DNA of 30,345 nucleotides, from contig JBBISH010000083.1 of assembly GCA_037441385.1 (NCBI GenBank), forward strand, positions 1 through 30,345. The letters are read 5' to 3'. The position numbers and the translations under genes were made by a program. Position 1 is the first letter of the stretch, and every line of letters begins with the position of its first letter. A model generated the notes under the pieces. That model saw only the letters and a list, made by a program, of their open reading frames with translations. It had not been told where the DNA came from and did not search any database. The DNA comes from Myxococcales bacterium (GTDB lineage: Bacteria; Myxococcota_A; UBA9042). Shown in pieces: positions 1 through 9,343 of the stretch.

Positions 1-249
1 CGTGCCGAACGGTCGCGTGGCTGAGCTTGCGGTTTTCGCCGGATTTGGGCGGTTTTGGGGCGCCGGTGACACCTTGCCGAAGACGGGGCAAGCGAAACCT
101 CCACAGTGGCTGATTTTCTGCAGCGGTTCGGCGTGCTTGCAGTCGCCAACCTGGAGTCGGCACGGCCGTGAGAGCCTGGCCAATGAGGCCAGAACGCCGT
201 GGTGCAAGTCCAAGCAGCCCTGGACGAGCCACGCCACGATGGTGGACAG

Positions 250-277
250 TCCTGCCTCCTGCCTCCTGCCTCCTGCC
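250..277 (+). repeat. Tandem 7-mer (TCCTGCC)x4
   Basis: tcctgcc at 250, 257, 264 and 271. Confidence 0.85.
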
Positions 278-308
278 CTGCCTCAACTGCATCTTGCGTG
301 TTGTAACA

Positions 309-560
309 TCACCGCGCCTTGCGCCCCCGCGCCCTCTTGGCGGCCTTGCCCGTGGATGCCAACTCCGCGCCCTCGAGCTCCGCCAAGGCCTCAACGTCTG
401 GGTCAGGGCTGTTCGCGGTGCCACGCCACCCGGGATTATGCAGGTCGGCGTAGGCCTCTGCCTCGGACTGCGACCGAAGGACGGTGCCGTCCGCCAGGGT
501 CACGACTACACTGCCCCACCATCCACCGCTGCAATCCTGATTCCCGTCTCTATTCGACAT
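309..560 (-). CDS. Small hypothetical protein (83 aa, MSNRDGNQ...), basic C-terminus
   Basis: ATG at 560 preceded by GGAGG at a good spacing; co-oriented with the element's genes. Confidence 0.55.
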   Translation of the reverse strand: MSNRDGNQDCSGGWWGSVVVTLADGTVLRSQSEAEAYADLHNPGWRGTANSPDPDVEALAELEGAELASTGKAAKRARGRKAR

Positions 561-911
561 GTTGTACCTCCAAGACGACAGCGCGGATGCGGCCGGACCA
601 GGGAGCCTTTGGCCCCAACTGTGTCTTGCCGGACGCCCAAAGTCCTCTCCCAGGTGTCGTGCAGGGCTGCAATCGCGTGCAGCAGGCTCGATAACGCGGA
701 TGCCGAAGCTGACAGCCACCCATCCTCCCGCAGGCACCGTAGTCGAGCTACTTTGGGCCTCAGCAACTCAGACTATGCGCCGCGGCGGGTTGAGTCAACT
801 CCATTATTTTGCTTCATTTTCGAAGACAGGCGCTCAAGGATTGCCGTTCGTTGAGGGCGAATCGCGGTTGGGGGCAACAGGCCGTTCGCGGCCGCACGAG
901 TTGCGGGGATT

Positions 912-931
912 GCCGTGCGGACCGGCACGGC
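912..931. terminator. GC hairpin downstream of the replication ATPase gene (possible terminator or ori structure)
   Basis: GCCGTGC-GGACCG-GCACGGC inverted repeat; no U-tract. Confidence 0.3.
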
Positions 932-949
932 GCTACTTGCGGCCCACAT

Positions 950-976
950 CCGCTGACGCTGCTGACGCTACTGACG
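950..976 (+). repeat. Three 9-bp-period repeats (core [G/A]CTGACG), iteron-like
   Basis: ccgctgacg ctgctgacg ctactgacg, overlapping the ATPase stop codon. Confidence 0.7.
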
Positions 977-2572
977 CCGTTCTGGGACTTCGCGGATGGC
1001 TCGAAGCTGGATCATGCGCTCGCCGCGACGACCGGTTCGCCGTCGTTCTACGGCAACGCCCTGTTCGCGTAGCGCCGGGGCCAGCACTTTCAGCCGGTCA
1101 GAGACGAAGCGCGCTCCCTTGTGGGCCAGTTGGCTGTAGCCATCACCTGGCAGTTGCACAGCGGCGGCGATGAACCCCGAGGCCGTTCCCGTCCACTCCT
1201 CGTCAGAATCTGCCAGCTTCAGCGCAACTTGTGCCACCAGGTCTCCTTCGAGCGTCGCCGTCAAACTCGCTTCCCGGTTGGCGCGGAGTGCCTGCTCGAA
1301 GGTCCCGCTCGCCCATAGCGCTGGCTCACAGGCCTGCATCCAATGCTCGAAGTCGGCCAGGCGTGACGGGGCATCGGCAAGGGGAGTCTCCTGCAGGTTC
1401 GCAAAGCCCACAGCGATGATGTCGAGCAATCCGCCCAGAATCAGGGGAGCTGCGGCCTTGAACTCTCTCCACAAATCGCGTTCTGTGCGACGCTCGCCGG
1501 GCTCGATCGGCTGCAGCTCGATCCGGAGGCTCCGGTCGGCAAGGTCAGGTCGGTCCACGAAGTCTGGAATCCCATTCAGGATCATTGGTCGCTTCGCCTG
1601 AAAGAGGGTCAGATCTGCGTCGCTGTAGCACTTGCGGGTAGCAAAGCCGCTACCAGTCGACAGCGTGCAGAGTGCGTCACTTTGATCGCGCGTCAGCCCA
1701 GATACGTTGTCGAAGGCCAGGACGTGGTAGGCGTTGGCAATGACCGCCAAGTCGCGCCGGTCAGTCGGCAGCGCAAGGAGAGGGGCCTCCGCCGGGCTGA
1801 CAAGCGCCAACAAGAAGCGAGTCGCCGTCGACTTTGCGGTTCCCTGCTCTCCGGACACTACAAGCACCGGCAATGCCCCTGCTGGTTGAGCCAGCGCGGC
1901 AAGCAGCCACGCGACCGTCAACACTCGATCGGGGCCCGACTTGATCGCGATGAATTTCCAGAGGTCGTCGACTATGCCGCCCCGTTTCGGCGTTGGCAGC
2001 GCCAGCATCGGTCGAGGCCTACGGAATCGCACAGGGGCGTCGGCGATGATCCGCCACCCCTCGCTGTCTACCCGCACCGTTTGCCAGGTCTCATCGCCCA
2101 GGTCGAGGTAGAGGCACCCGTCGACGCCAGCGGTACGCAGATGCACCTCATGTTGGAGGCCACCACGCTTGGCCAAGGCGCACAGGGTACGCGTGGCGGT
2201 GTTGAGCGCCTCGTCGCCTGGTGCCACTCCCTGGTTTCCGTAGTACTCGCCAGTCAGCCAGGACCGGAAATCGTCGCCATCGACCTGCATCGTTTCGCGG
2301 TGCCCCAGAACTTGAACGTCGGCGTACGCTTTCCAGCTGCGCCCGGGCGTGCAGAAGAACTGGCACCGCTGCTGAGCCAGTTTGACCAGGGCGTCCTGGG
2401 CTCGCTGGCGCTTGCCCTTCGACTTCCCCGCAACTTCTGAACCAACGTCAGCACCGTCAGCATCGTCAGCATCCGCCTGCGGCTGCGGCTCAGCGGGTGT
2501 GGCAAGGTCGAGCAAGTCTTCCGTGTCCGGAAGCGCCTTGCAGATCCTATCAGCATCAACTACATTGCTCAT
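968..2572 (-). CDS. P-loop ATPase / putative replicative helicase of phage-satellite type (534 aa)
   Basis: Walker A GEQGTAKS, Walker B-like VLAFDN, R-K-x-Y-x-D and ILNGI...DLADR motifs. Start reassigned to ATG 2572 (MSNVV) with upstream GGGAG. Confidence 0.8.
   Translation of the reverse strand: MSNVVDADRICKALPDTEDLLDLATPAEPQPQADADDADGADVGSEVAGKSKGKRQRAQDALVKLAQQRCQFFCTPGRSWKAYADVQVLGHRETMQVDGDDFRSWLTGEYYGNQGVAPGDEALNTATRTLCALAKRGGLQHEVHLRTAGVDGCLYLDLGDETWQTVRVDSEGWRIIADAPVRFRRPRPMLALPTPKRGGIVDDLWKFIAIKSGPDRVLTVAWLLAALAQPAGALPVLVVSGEQGTAKSTATRFLLALVSPAEAPLLALPTDRRDLAVIANAYHVLAFDNVSGLTRDQSDALCTLSTGSGFATRKCYSDADLTLFQAKRPMILNGIPDFVDRPDLADRSLRIELQPIEPGERRTERDLWREFKAAAPLILGGLLDIIAVGFANLQETPLADAPSRLADFEHWMQACEPALWASGTFEQALRANREASLTATLEGDLVAQVALKLADSDEEWTGTASGFIAAAVQLPGDGYSQLAHKGARFVSDRLKVLAPALREQGVAVERRRTGRRGERMIQLRAIREVPERRQ
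2446..2472 (-). repeat. Three 9-bp repeats CGTCAGCA[C/T], reverse complement of the 950-976 repeats
   Basis: cgtcagcac cgtcagcat cgtcagcat. Confidence 0.7.
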
Positions 2573-2646
2573 TGCTCTGCTCCCATGCGGGTGTACCGCA
2601 AACAGGCCAGCCAGCGTTCCAGCGCTGAGTTGGCCACTTTTTTCGC

Positions 2647-4197
2647 TCATGCGGCAATGCGACGGAAGGCGCACCCGCGGTCCTCGGCTCGACGTCGCCA
2701 TGCCCTGGCGGCTGCATCCCCGTTTGCGTTTGGAGGAGCGACGACCAGCACCTGCCACTCTTGCGGTACCAGCGCCATCAGTTCGTGTGTCGCGCTTCCA
2801 GGAAGGCTTCCAACCAAGGCGCCTCGAGCACTTGGCCGGCGCAATGCCAACTGCAGGTAGCGGTCCGGCCCCACGGCGACCGTCAGTAGCTTGCGGTCCG
2901 CACCCTCGACCAAGAAGTCAGGCCGAGGAGCGAGGACAGCTCCGGCGCATGTGTGCCAGCTCGGGGTCACATACGCGCGGTGGCCTGTTACCGGGTGCAC
3001 CAGCGCGCCGAGTGCGGCCACTTCGCGAAGGAGGCCGACAGCTCCCGGATCAGGGGCCCAGAGCGGCATCATCAGCCGATAGCCGGCGTCGTACCAGGAT
3101 TGCCGGTAGACGCGCGCCCAACTCGGCGCCGGGCACTCGGCCAAGCCGTCGCCGTTCCCGCGAGGCAGCGCGCCGGCAAGCTTGGACTGCCAGACCAACT
3201 GGGGGTCGGCACCTTGCCGTTCCAGCATGGCCGCCACGAGCGAGTCGCTGACTGGGGACTCGATTGACGCCAGCAAAGCGCGCACCTCGCTCTCGGGCGG
3301 AAACCGTCTGAGCGCTGGACGCACATGGCCTGGGAGCGGCAACCCAAGAAACTCGCAAAGGTCGGTGATCTTGCGCTCGCTGCAATGGCTGTGGAAGCAG
3401 TTGTAGTGAAGGCTGCCCTGCGGGCCCATGAGGACCGCCGAGTCGGAATAGCTTTGCGCGCCACCGCTGTGAGCGGACCGCCATGGGCATTCAATGGCGA
3501 ACTTGTCGGCGTTCAGCAGTCGAGGTGCGAGGCCCTTCGATTCGCATGCGCTCATCATCATTTTCAAGCTCTCGCCGGGAGTTCCGTCGACAACAAGGCG
3601 TGGGCGTTCGCCGCCCCGCTTCTTGGGGGCGGATCTCGGCGTGCGCAGGGCTGCCAGCTCGCTGGGCCCAATGATCGGCAAGCTCGATGCAGGAGGAATC
3701 GCGCCGGGGTCGTCGGGTGCGTGCACCCAGCGGTAGCGCAAGCCGGTATCTGGGTGAATCGAGCCGGGAAGGACGATGTTCGCGCGTGCGCCATGGAAAG
3801 CCAGCTCTTCATGGGTGCCAGGGGCGCCACGCTCAAGCTTCATTGTGGCTGCGCAGGGCACACCGGGCGCCCAGCGGTAGAACATGTGCCCACCATGGCC
3901 GCTGCCGCTGATGGTCCGCGCCGGTGTTGGTGGCAATATGGCTTGAGCACGCTGAAGGAAGTGGTCGCCGTCGCAGTCGAACGCGACCAGCGTATCGGCC
4001 ACGTTGGGATGTGGCCCGGTGATCAGGCCAATGTTTGACTCAGGCGCATAGCGCCAGGCGGCAACGACAGCTTCGACTTCGCAGTAGCAGTGCTGAGGCC
4101 AGGCGCACAGCACTGGGCTCTTCTTACGCGGCCTGAGTGGTTGAATCCGCCAGCCGGCGGCGAAGTAGGCGAGAGCCAACTCGGCAAGGGTCTTCAT
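2647..4197 (-). CDS. Bifunctional DNA primase/polymerase (Prim-Pol, AEP) with Zn-binding module
   Basis: N-terminal PLRPRKKSP...NIGLITG...FDCD...SGSGHGGHMFY...VLPGSIHP...YRW, then CPW..H...CFHSHC. ATGA overlap with the alpA stop. Confidence 0.85.
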   Translation of the reverse strand: MKTLAELALAYFAAGWRIQPLRPRKKSPVLCAWPQHCYCEVEAVVAAWRYAPESNIGLITGPHPNVADTLVAFDCDGDHFLQRAQAILPPTPARTISGSGHGGHMFYRWAPGVPCAATMKLERGAPGTHEELAFHGARANIVLPGSIHPDTGLRYRWVHAPDDPGAIPPASSLPIIGPSELAALRTPRSAPKKRGGERPRLVVDGTPGESLKMMMSACESKGLAPRLLNADKFAIECPWRSAHSGGAQSYSDSAVLMGPQGSLHYNCFHSHCSERKITDLCEFLGLPLPGHVRPALRRFPPESEVRALLASIESPVSDSLVAAMLERQGADPQLVWQSKLAGALPRGNGDGLAECPAPSWARVYRQSWYDAGYRLMMPLWAPDPGAVGLLREVAALGALVHPVTGHRAYVTPSWHTCAGAVLAPRPDFLVEGADRKLLTVAVGPDRYLQLALRRPSARGALVGSLPGSATHELMALVPQEWQVLVVAPPNANGDAAARAWRRRAEDRGCAFRRIAA

Positions 4198-4424
4198 GGC
4201 GCCCCCATTGCTTTCGCTGCGGCAGGACGCGGGGCATCAGCACAAGTGACGCTGACGGCGGGACGGGTACGAATCCAAGCATCGACCGCGTCGCGGTCCC
4301 AGGCAACAGCCCTGTCCCCGATGCGGCAGCGCTTGGGGAATCGGCCAGCGGCTTCGAGACGGTGGAGCGTGGTCTTGGACAGGCCGGTCAGGGCTTGGAC
4401 TTGAGGAAGACGAATCAGGGTCAT
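4194..4424 (-). CDS. alpA: AlpA-family regulator / excisionase
   Basis: LIRLPQVQALTGLSKTTLHRLEAAGRFPK...IGDRAVAW...VDAWI signature; GGGGAG RBS. Confidence 0.93.
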   Translation of the reverse strand: MTLIRLPQVQALTGLSKTTLHRLEAAGRFPKRCRIGDRAVAWDRDAVDAWIRTRPAVSVTCADAPRPAAAKAMGAP

Positions 4425-4570
4425 TGCGGCAACTCCCCGGCGCTGTTGACGCGCCAGCGAGTACCGTTATCCGCCTTGCCGTATCGTAACGAATAGCCCG
4501 GCAGTTGCAGCGCAACTCCCCGGAGGACGGCTGCACTCATATGAAATTGTATGGTAATGCGTGCCGGTGG

Positions 4571-5329
4571 TTATTTCTTCTTGCTCAACGTTAGCCTTGA
4601 CCCGCCGCCCTTGGATCGAGTCGGATTTGCGACTGTGGCGATGCGGTCGGCGGCCCCGCCTTTGCCTGCGGAGTGCCCAAATTGCAGGGAAAAATCAATA
4701 ACCTTCTGCTTCGCAACGTCCGTGTCTGGGTCGCTATGGTACCGAATCCACCCGCGAATCGCGGTCACAAGCTCTGCGGCGTGATTCCGATGCTGGGTGT
4801 CGAAGATTGCGGTAAGATCCTTCCAGTCAACGTTGTCGGGCAATTCCACGCCGGGCGGTGGCGCGTGCTGCAACTCATTTCGCCCCAAGGCCGCTACCAG
4901 GCAGGTGCGCCCGTGGTCGTCGAGATACAGGTCATCGCGCGTGACTTTCGCCATAGCCTCTGGTGGCCACTGCAATCCTTGAGTTCCGAAATGGAGCGGC
5001 CCATGTGCTTCCTCACCAGTTACTGTCCGCACATGCAAGACGTGGCAAACCCGACAAGCGTAGCCGAGATTTAGCGCCTCTGAACGGAGGCCAAAGGTCG
5101 GGCGGGAACCAGACTGATCAGAACCCGCACTCTGTGCCGGCGGAACTTGCCAATGCGCTGTTGCTGCCCAGCCGGAATACAGCCCACTTGTCCGGTTCGA
5201 TTTCCACAACAAGGCACTTTCGATCTGAAAATACAAAGGAATTCCAGCATCGCGCAGTTCATTGCAGACCGCGAGAAGTCCTGTTTGTACTTCATCCGCA
5301 ACAGCCCGGACCTTGTGGTACTTCGTCAT
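4571..5329 (-). CDS. Hypothetical accessory protein (252 aa) between int and alpA
   Basis: ATG 5329 overlaps the integrase TGA (ATGA), with GGGAG upstream. Visibly more AT-rich than its neighbours. Confidence 0.65.
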   Translation of the reverse strand: MTKYHKVRAVADEVQTGLLAVCNELRDAGIPLYFQIESALLWKSNRTSGLYSGWAATAHWQVPPAQSAGSDQSGSRPTFGLRSEALNLGYACRVCHVLHVRTVTGEEAHGPLHFGTQGLQWPPEAMAKVTRDDLYLDDHGRTCLVAALGRNELQHAPPPGVELPDNVDWKDLTAIFDTQHRNHAAELVTAIRGWIRYHSDPDTDVAKQKVIDFSLQFGHSAGKGGAADRIATVANPTRSKGGGSRLTLSKKK

Positions 5330-6564
5330 GCCGCTCCCTTCACGCCGACAACCACCAAGCCGTGCTTTGCGGCCGTCTCCAGAGCCGAGACCTTGCGCCC
5401 CCACCGCTCCAGGGCGTCGCGTTTCTCGGCGTCGTAGCTGTGCCGGTCGTAGATCGCCGTCACCGCTGCGTCGCTGTGGTTCAGCAGCTTGGACACCACC
5501 AGGCGCGAAACGCCCATGCCGGTCATGAGGGATGCAGCTGTGCGGCGCAGGTCGTGCGGCGTAAAGGCGTCAACGCCGAGGTGCGTCATGTTGCGCGCCA
5601 GCGCCCGCCCCACCGCAGTCTCGACCATGGGCTTGTCGCCGCGCGGCGAAGGAAAGACCGTCTCCCGGTCGGGATTGAGAGCCCGGGCCGCGCGCAGCAC
5701 GTCGACCGCCTGAGCAGACAGCGGCACGCGGTGCGACTTGCGATTCTTTGCCTTGGCCGCCGGGATGGTCCACCAGCCGGCTTCAAGGTCGATTTCGGAC
5801 CACCGAAGCGCCAGCACCTCACCGCAACGCTGCGCGGTCAGCAGCTGCAATCGCAGGGCCAACCGGCTTTCTTCGGCGAGTGCCGCGGTGGTGAGGTTGG
5901 TCAAGAAGGCCTGCAGCTCGGCCTCACTGAGCACACGGTCGCGCTGAGTCTCCTTGCCAGGCGCCTTGATGCCGCCGCAGGGGTTGGCCGGCACCAGGTC
6001 TTCGCTCATGCCCCAGTTGTAGATCTTGCGCAGCAGGGCCAGCGTGCGGTTGGCCTGCACCGGGGCGCCGCGCTCGACGATGCGCTTGAGCAGGGCGCGC
6101 ACATCCTTGCGTTCGATCGCTTCGGCCTTGTGCGGCCCCAGGACCGGGCGCAAGTCGTGAGCCAGCGTTCGTTCGTCGTTGGCTACAGACTTGGGCGCCT
6201 TGCGGTCGCGAGCGTAGTCCGCCAGGAATTGATCGGCCAGTTCGTTGAAGGTGGGTGCCTTGCGCTCGGCGACATGCGCCTGCACCAACTGGGCGCCAGG
6301 GTCGCGGCCGGCTTCGCGAGCCTGCATCGCCTCACCGAGAGCGGCGTGCGCCTGGGCTACCGACATTTCCGGGTATGAGCCCAGGGTCATCCGGCGGTCG
6401 CGGCCGTCGACGGTGTAGAGGTACTGCCACGCCTTGTGGCCGTTGGGGCTCACGCGAAGCGAAAGCGTGCCGTTACCGTGAGCGTTGGGCTCGCGCAGTT
6501 CGTAGCGGCTGGCTTGGGGCTTCAGGTTGCGCACTGTAGCGTCGCTGAATTTGACCGTGGGCAT
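5326..6564 (-). CDS. int: Tyrosine integrase, P4-like with N-terminal arm-binding domain
   Basis: N-terminal LRVSPNGHKAW.Y.Y...TLGSYPEMSVAQA; catalytic R (QRCGE), HDLRRT, LLNH and Y (IYDR). Confidence 0.95.
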   Translation of the reverse strand: MPTVKFSDATVRNLKPQASRYELREPNAHGNGTLSLRVSPNGHKAWQYLYTVDGRDRRMTLGSYPEMSVAQAHAALGEAMQAREAGRDPGAQLVQAHVAERKAPTFNELADQFLADYARDRKAPKSVANDERTLAHDLRPVLGPHKAEAIERKDVRALLKRIVERGAPVQANRTLALLRKIYNWGMSEDLVPANPCGGIKAPGKETQRDRVLSEAELQAFLTNLTTAALAEESRLALRLQLLTAQRCGEVLALRWSEIDLEAGWWTIPAAKAKNRKSHRVPLSAQAVDVLRAARALNPDRETVFPSPRGDKPMVETAVGRALARNMTHLGVDAFTPHDLRRTAASLMTGMGVSRLVVSKLLNHSDAAVTAIYDRHSYDAEKRDALERWGRKVSALETAAKHGLVVVGVKGAA

Positions 6565-6606
6565 GGGTGCCTCGCAGGGTAGGGCCGGGCGTCAGCTGGT
6601 CCGGTC

Positions 6607-6639
6607 GGGGTCGGATTGGGGTCGGATTGGGGTCGGAAT
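6607..6639 (+). repeat. Three tandem 11-bp repeats GGGGTCGGA[T/A]T, probable integrase arm-type sites
   Basis: ggggtcggatt ggggtcggatt ggggtcggaat, between the int start and the att core. Confidence 0.75.
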
Positions 6640-6771
6640 TCGACCCTGGCAGCGTCCGGATTCTCCCGGTGCTACCTGGGACCATACTAGGCGTAACATG
6701 CGTTCATTGCAACATGTTTTCTGAACTCTGATGGTGTGATTTGGGGCCTCGTGAATCGAAACGTTGATAGT

Positions 6772-6816
6772 TTCGTAATCAGCAGGTCCCGGGTTCAAGT
6801 CCCGGTGTTGGCTCCA
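6772..6816 (+). repeat. att site 1: 3' half of tRNA-Thr(CGT), not an intact tRNA
   Basis: Anticodon loop TTCGTAA, TCAGC, AGGTC, T-arm CCGGG-TTCAAGT-CCCGG, acceptor strand TGTTGGC-T-CCA. No D-arm or 5' acceptor strand upstream. Confidence 0.9.
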
Positions 6817-6977
6817 ACTACCTGTAATCAGCGACGTAGCGAGGCGGGCTTCACACCGGAGCCGTCCCCCGGCTGTCCCCCGAGCGCCGATCTGCTTGAA
6901 AGCATAGAAGACCATCCGCAGAAACGCATCAGCAGGTCCCGCCTGCTCATGCCTCCGCACCTACGTAGGTAATTTCT

Positions 6978-9343
6978 TTAGGAAAATCCAAGCGCCCGAT
7001 ACCCAGCCCGACGCCGCTCGAACATCCGCCGCAAGACGCCTACTTCCGCGTCCAGGTAGTCGTAGACGGCGATGTCGCGCTTGCCGGGCGACGTCCGCGT
7101 CAGCCGCCCAACGTACTGCACCAGCGTGCCGCGCCAGGAGATCGGCGCTGCCATGAACAGCGTGTCGAGCCTCGGATCATCAAAACCCTCGCCGACATAG
7201 CGGCCCGTCGCAACAAGGACGCGGGACGTGCCGTCGTCCGAACGCCAGGTCGCCAAAGCGTCCCTGCGCGCCACGGTCGACAGACGGCCATGCAGCTGCA
7301 CCGTGTGAACGCCCGATTGCGCAAGAAGGTCTGCAATTATCGAGACATGCTGGGTTCGCTGGGTCAGGACCAGCACACGTCGACCTGCCAGCGCCGCTGA
7401 ACGTATGTCGCCTGCGATCAAAGTGTTGCGAGCCGTGTCGGTCGCCAGCGCCGCGTAGATTTCCTGGATCGAGGCATCGCGCGGCAGCGCTTCCGGCAGC
7501 AGTCCCGTTGGCCGAACAATGAGTTGCCGGCTGCTGGCGTCGGGCTCGGCCTGTGCCAGCACTTGCCGCACGGGTCCCAACTGCATTTCGGCAATCGGAT
7601 GCAAGCCGTCGCGTCGCTTGAGCGTTGCGGTGAGGCCCGTCACGAACTGTGCCCGCACGGCATTCAGCACACGCTCGAACGACACCGCCGGCACGTGGTG
7701 GCACTCATCGACGATGACGTGACCGTAGGTGGCTACCACATCGTCGACCGCATCGCCTTTGACGAGGCTCTGCAACGTCGCAACGTCGATCCGACCGGTG
7801 ACCTTGCGCTTGCCGCCGGCGATGATGCCGATGTCGCTCAGGTTCACGCCCAGGAAAGCCGCGAGCCGAGCGCGCCATTGCTCGACCAGCGGCTGGGAAT
7901 GCACGAGAATCAAGGTGTTTCGTCGCCTTGCCGCCAACAGCGCCGCGCCCATCACCGTCTTGCCACTGCCCGGCGGCGCAACGAGGATTCCCATGTCGTG
8001 ATCGAGCATGGCGTCGACGGCGGCTCGCTGCGAGGGCGGAGTTCACCTTGGAAGTCAATGACAATCGGCTCGCCCGCCATGCGTTTATCGGTCACATGCA
8101 CTGGTATCTGCAACTCGGTAGCGAGACGCTCAACCGACGCGCGGCAGCCACGAGGCAAGGACACGTAATTGCCGTCGATTTCCGCGCACGCGACGATACG
8201 TGGCACTTGCGACGTCGGCAGACGCATCGCCTGTTTGCGCTGGAACTCGGGGTTCGCAAATGCAGCTAGGCGGCGCAGGCGGTCGATGAGCGCGGCAGGC
8301 AGTCCGTCTACTGCTACGAAGCACCGCTGCGCCAGAACCACGTCAATGGCTGCGGGAAGCGGCCCGAGCACGGCAATGGGCGTCGCGCGCGAAGGTTGCC
8401 GCAGCCATGGTTTCTCTTCGTCCGACTGCGACCACAACGGCAGTCCGAGCACCGCGTCGGTACGCTCCGCGTCGCGAACAAGTTCCTCAAGCCGGACCAC
8501 CGAAACGACCTGAATGCACGCCAGATACGCCCATTGGTCGCCAATCGGCGCGAACCTATCATCCACGAACACGCTGTTGCCCGCTGAGCGCGGTCCACGC
8601 TGCAACGGCAAGGCAATCAGGTTGCCGAATCCACCCTTGGGCATCATGTCCTGGCTTGGAAAGAGCCGGTCGTAGGATTTCAATGACAACTTCGGGTGCT
8701 TCGCGCAGGCGGCCGTCAACAGAAGCGAACCGAGCTTGCGGGCAGTCATTGCCGGCACCGGCTCGGCAAAGAAAATCCATGCGTGGGCGCCATTTCCCGA
8801 GCGCGAGCGTTCGACCGCCACATTGACGTTCCGGTCGCGCCCGGCTTGCGTGTAGGCCAACACGTCCTGCTGCCAGTCGTCCTCGTCGAAGTCCGCAGCG
8901 AGGAACGCACACGTTTCGTCGGGCTGCATCGCGTAGCCGCCCGCCACATGCTTTCCCTGCAAGTGATCTCGAATGACGGCGTCCGTCACGGGCAGAAATG
9001 CTTGCTGCGCACATTCGCCGCATTTCACCTTGGGCTTGCCGCAGATGCCGTCCCGCCATTCATTGCCGCAGACTGGCGCGTAGCCCTTCTTGCCGGACTT
9101 GGGGTTCTGCCAGAGCCGCGGCCATACGTCGGCTCGACCGCGAAACAGCCCGCGGAACAAGGCAACCTTCTCGGCGGGTGAGATCGGCGCTGGAATGCCG
9201 CCGCCGTCAGCCGAAAGGCCCGCAAGTCGGGCAGCCAACTCGGCAATCTCCGCGTCGATAGTCTGCAATGCCCGCACCGTCTCGTCGCGCCGCGTCTTGG
9301 CCTTGGCCAGCGTGGCCTCGAGTTCCAGACGATTGTCGTTCAT
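6978..9343 (-). pseudogene. TOTE-type AEP primase domain fused to SF2 (ResIII/DEAD-like) helicase, ~788 aa, split by a 1-bp frameshift near 8034-8036
   Basis: 5' ORF: coiled coil, Cys cluster, DFD, ERSRSGNGAHAW, YDRLFPSQD..GGFGNLIALPLQ. 3' ORF: APPGSGKT, DECHH, TAT, GEGFD, QYVGR. FQGELRP continues as QRAAVDAML in the adjacent frame. Confidence 0.85.

Larger units (their letters stand above)
1..6816 (-). mobile_element. Phage-satellite/PICI-like integrative element (left end outside window), right boundary at tRNA-Thr 3' fragment
   Basis: Co-oriented int - unknown ORF - alpA - prim-pol - P-loop ATPase - small ORF, with the integrase start ~200 bp from a tRNA 3'-half att site. No capsid, tail or conjugation genes in view. 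Confidence 0.8.

Noticed and set aside
2..854. Plus-strand ORFs 2-694 and 168-854
   Set aside because: Low-complexity Arg/Pro-rich translations opposite a minus-strand ORF that has a clear RBS.
5326..6564. True integron integrase with attC cassettes
   Set aside because: The protein has a P4-type arm-binding N-terminus, no IntI-specific insertion is recognisable, and the sites are tRNA-derived rather than attC hairpins.
6740..6816. Intact tRNA-Thr gene (also at 11053-11128)
   Set aside because: No 5' acceptor strand, D-arm or complete 5' anticodon stem upstream of either copy; only 3' halves are present.
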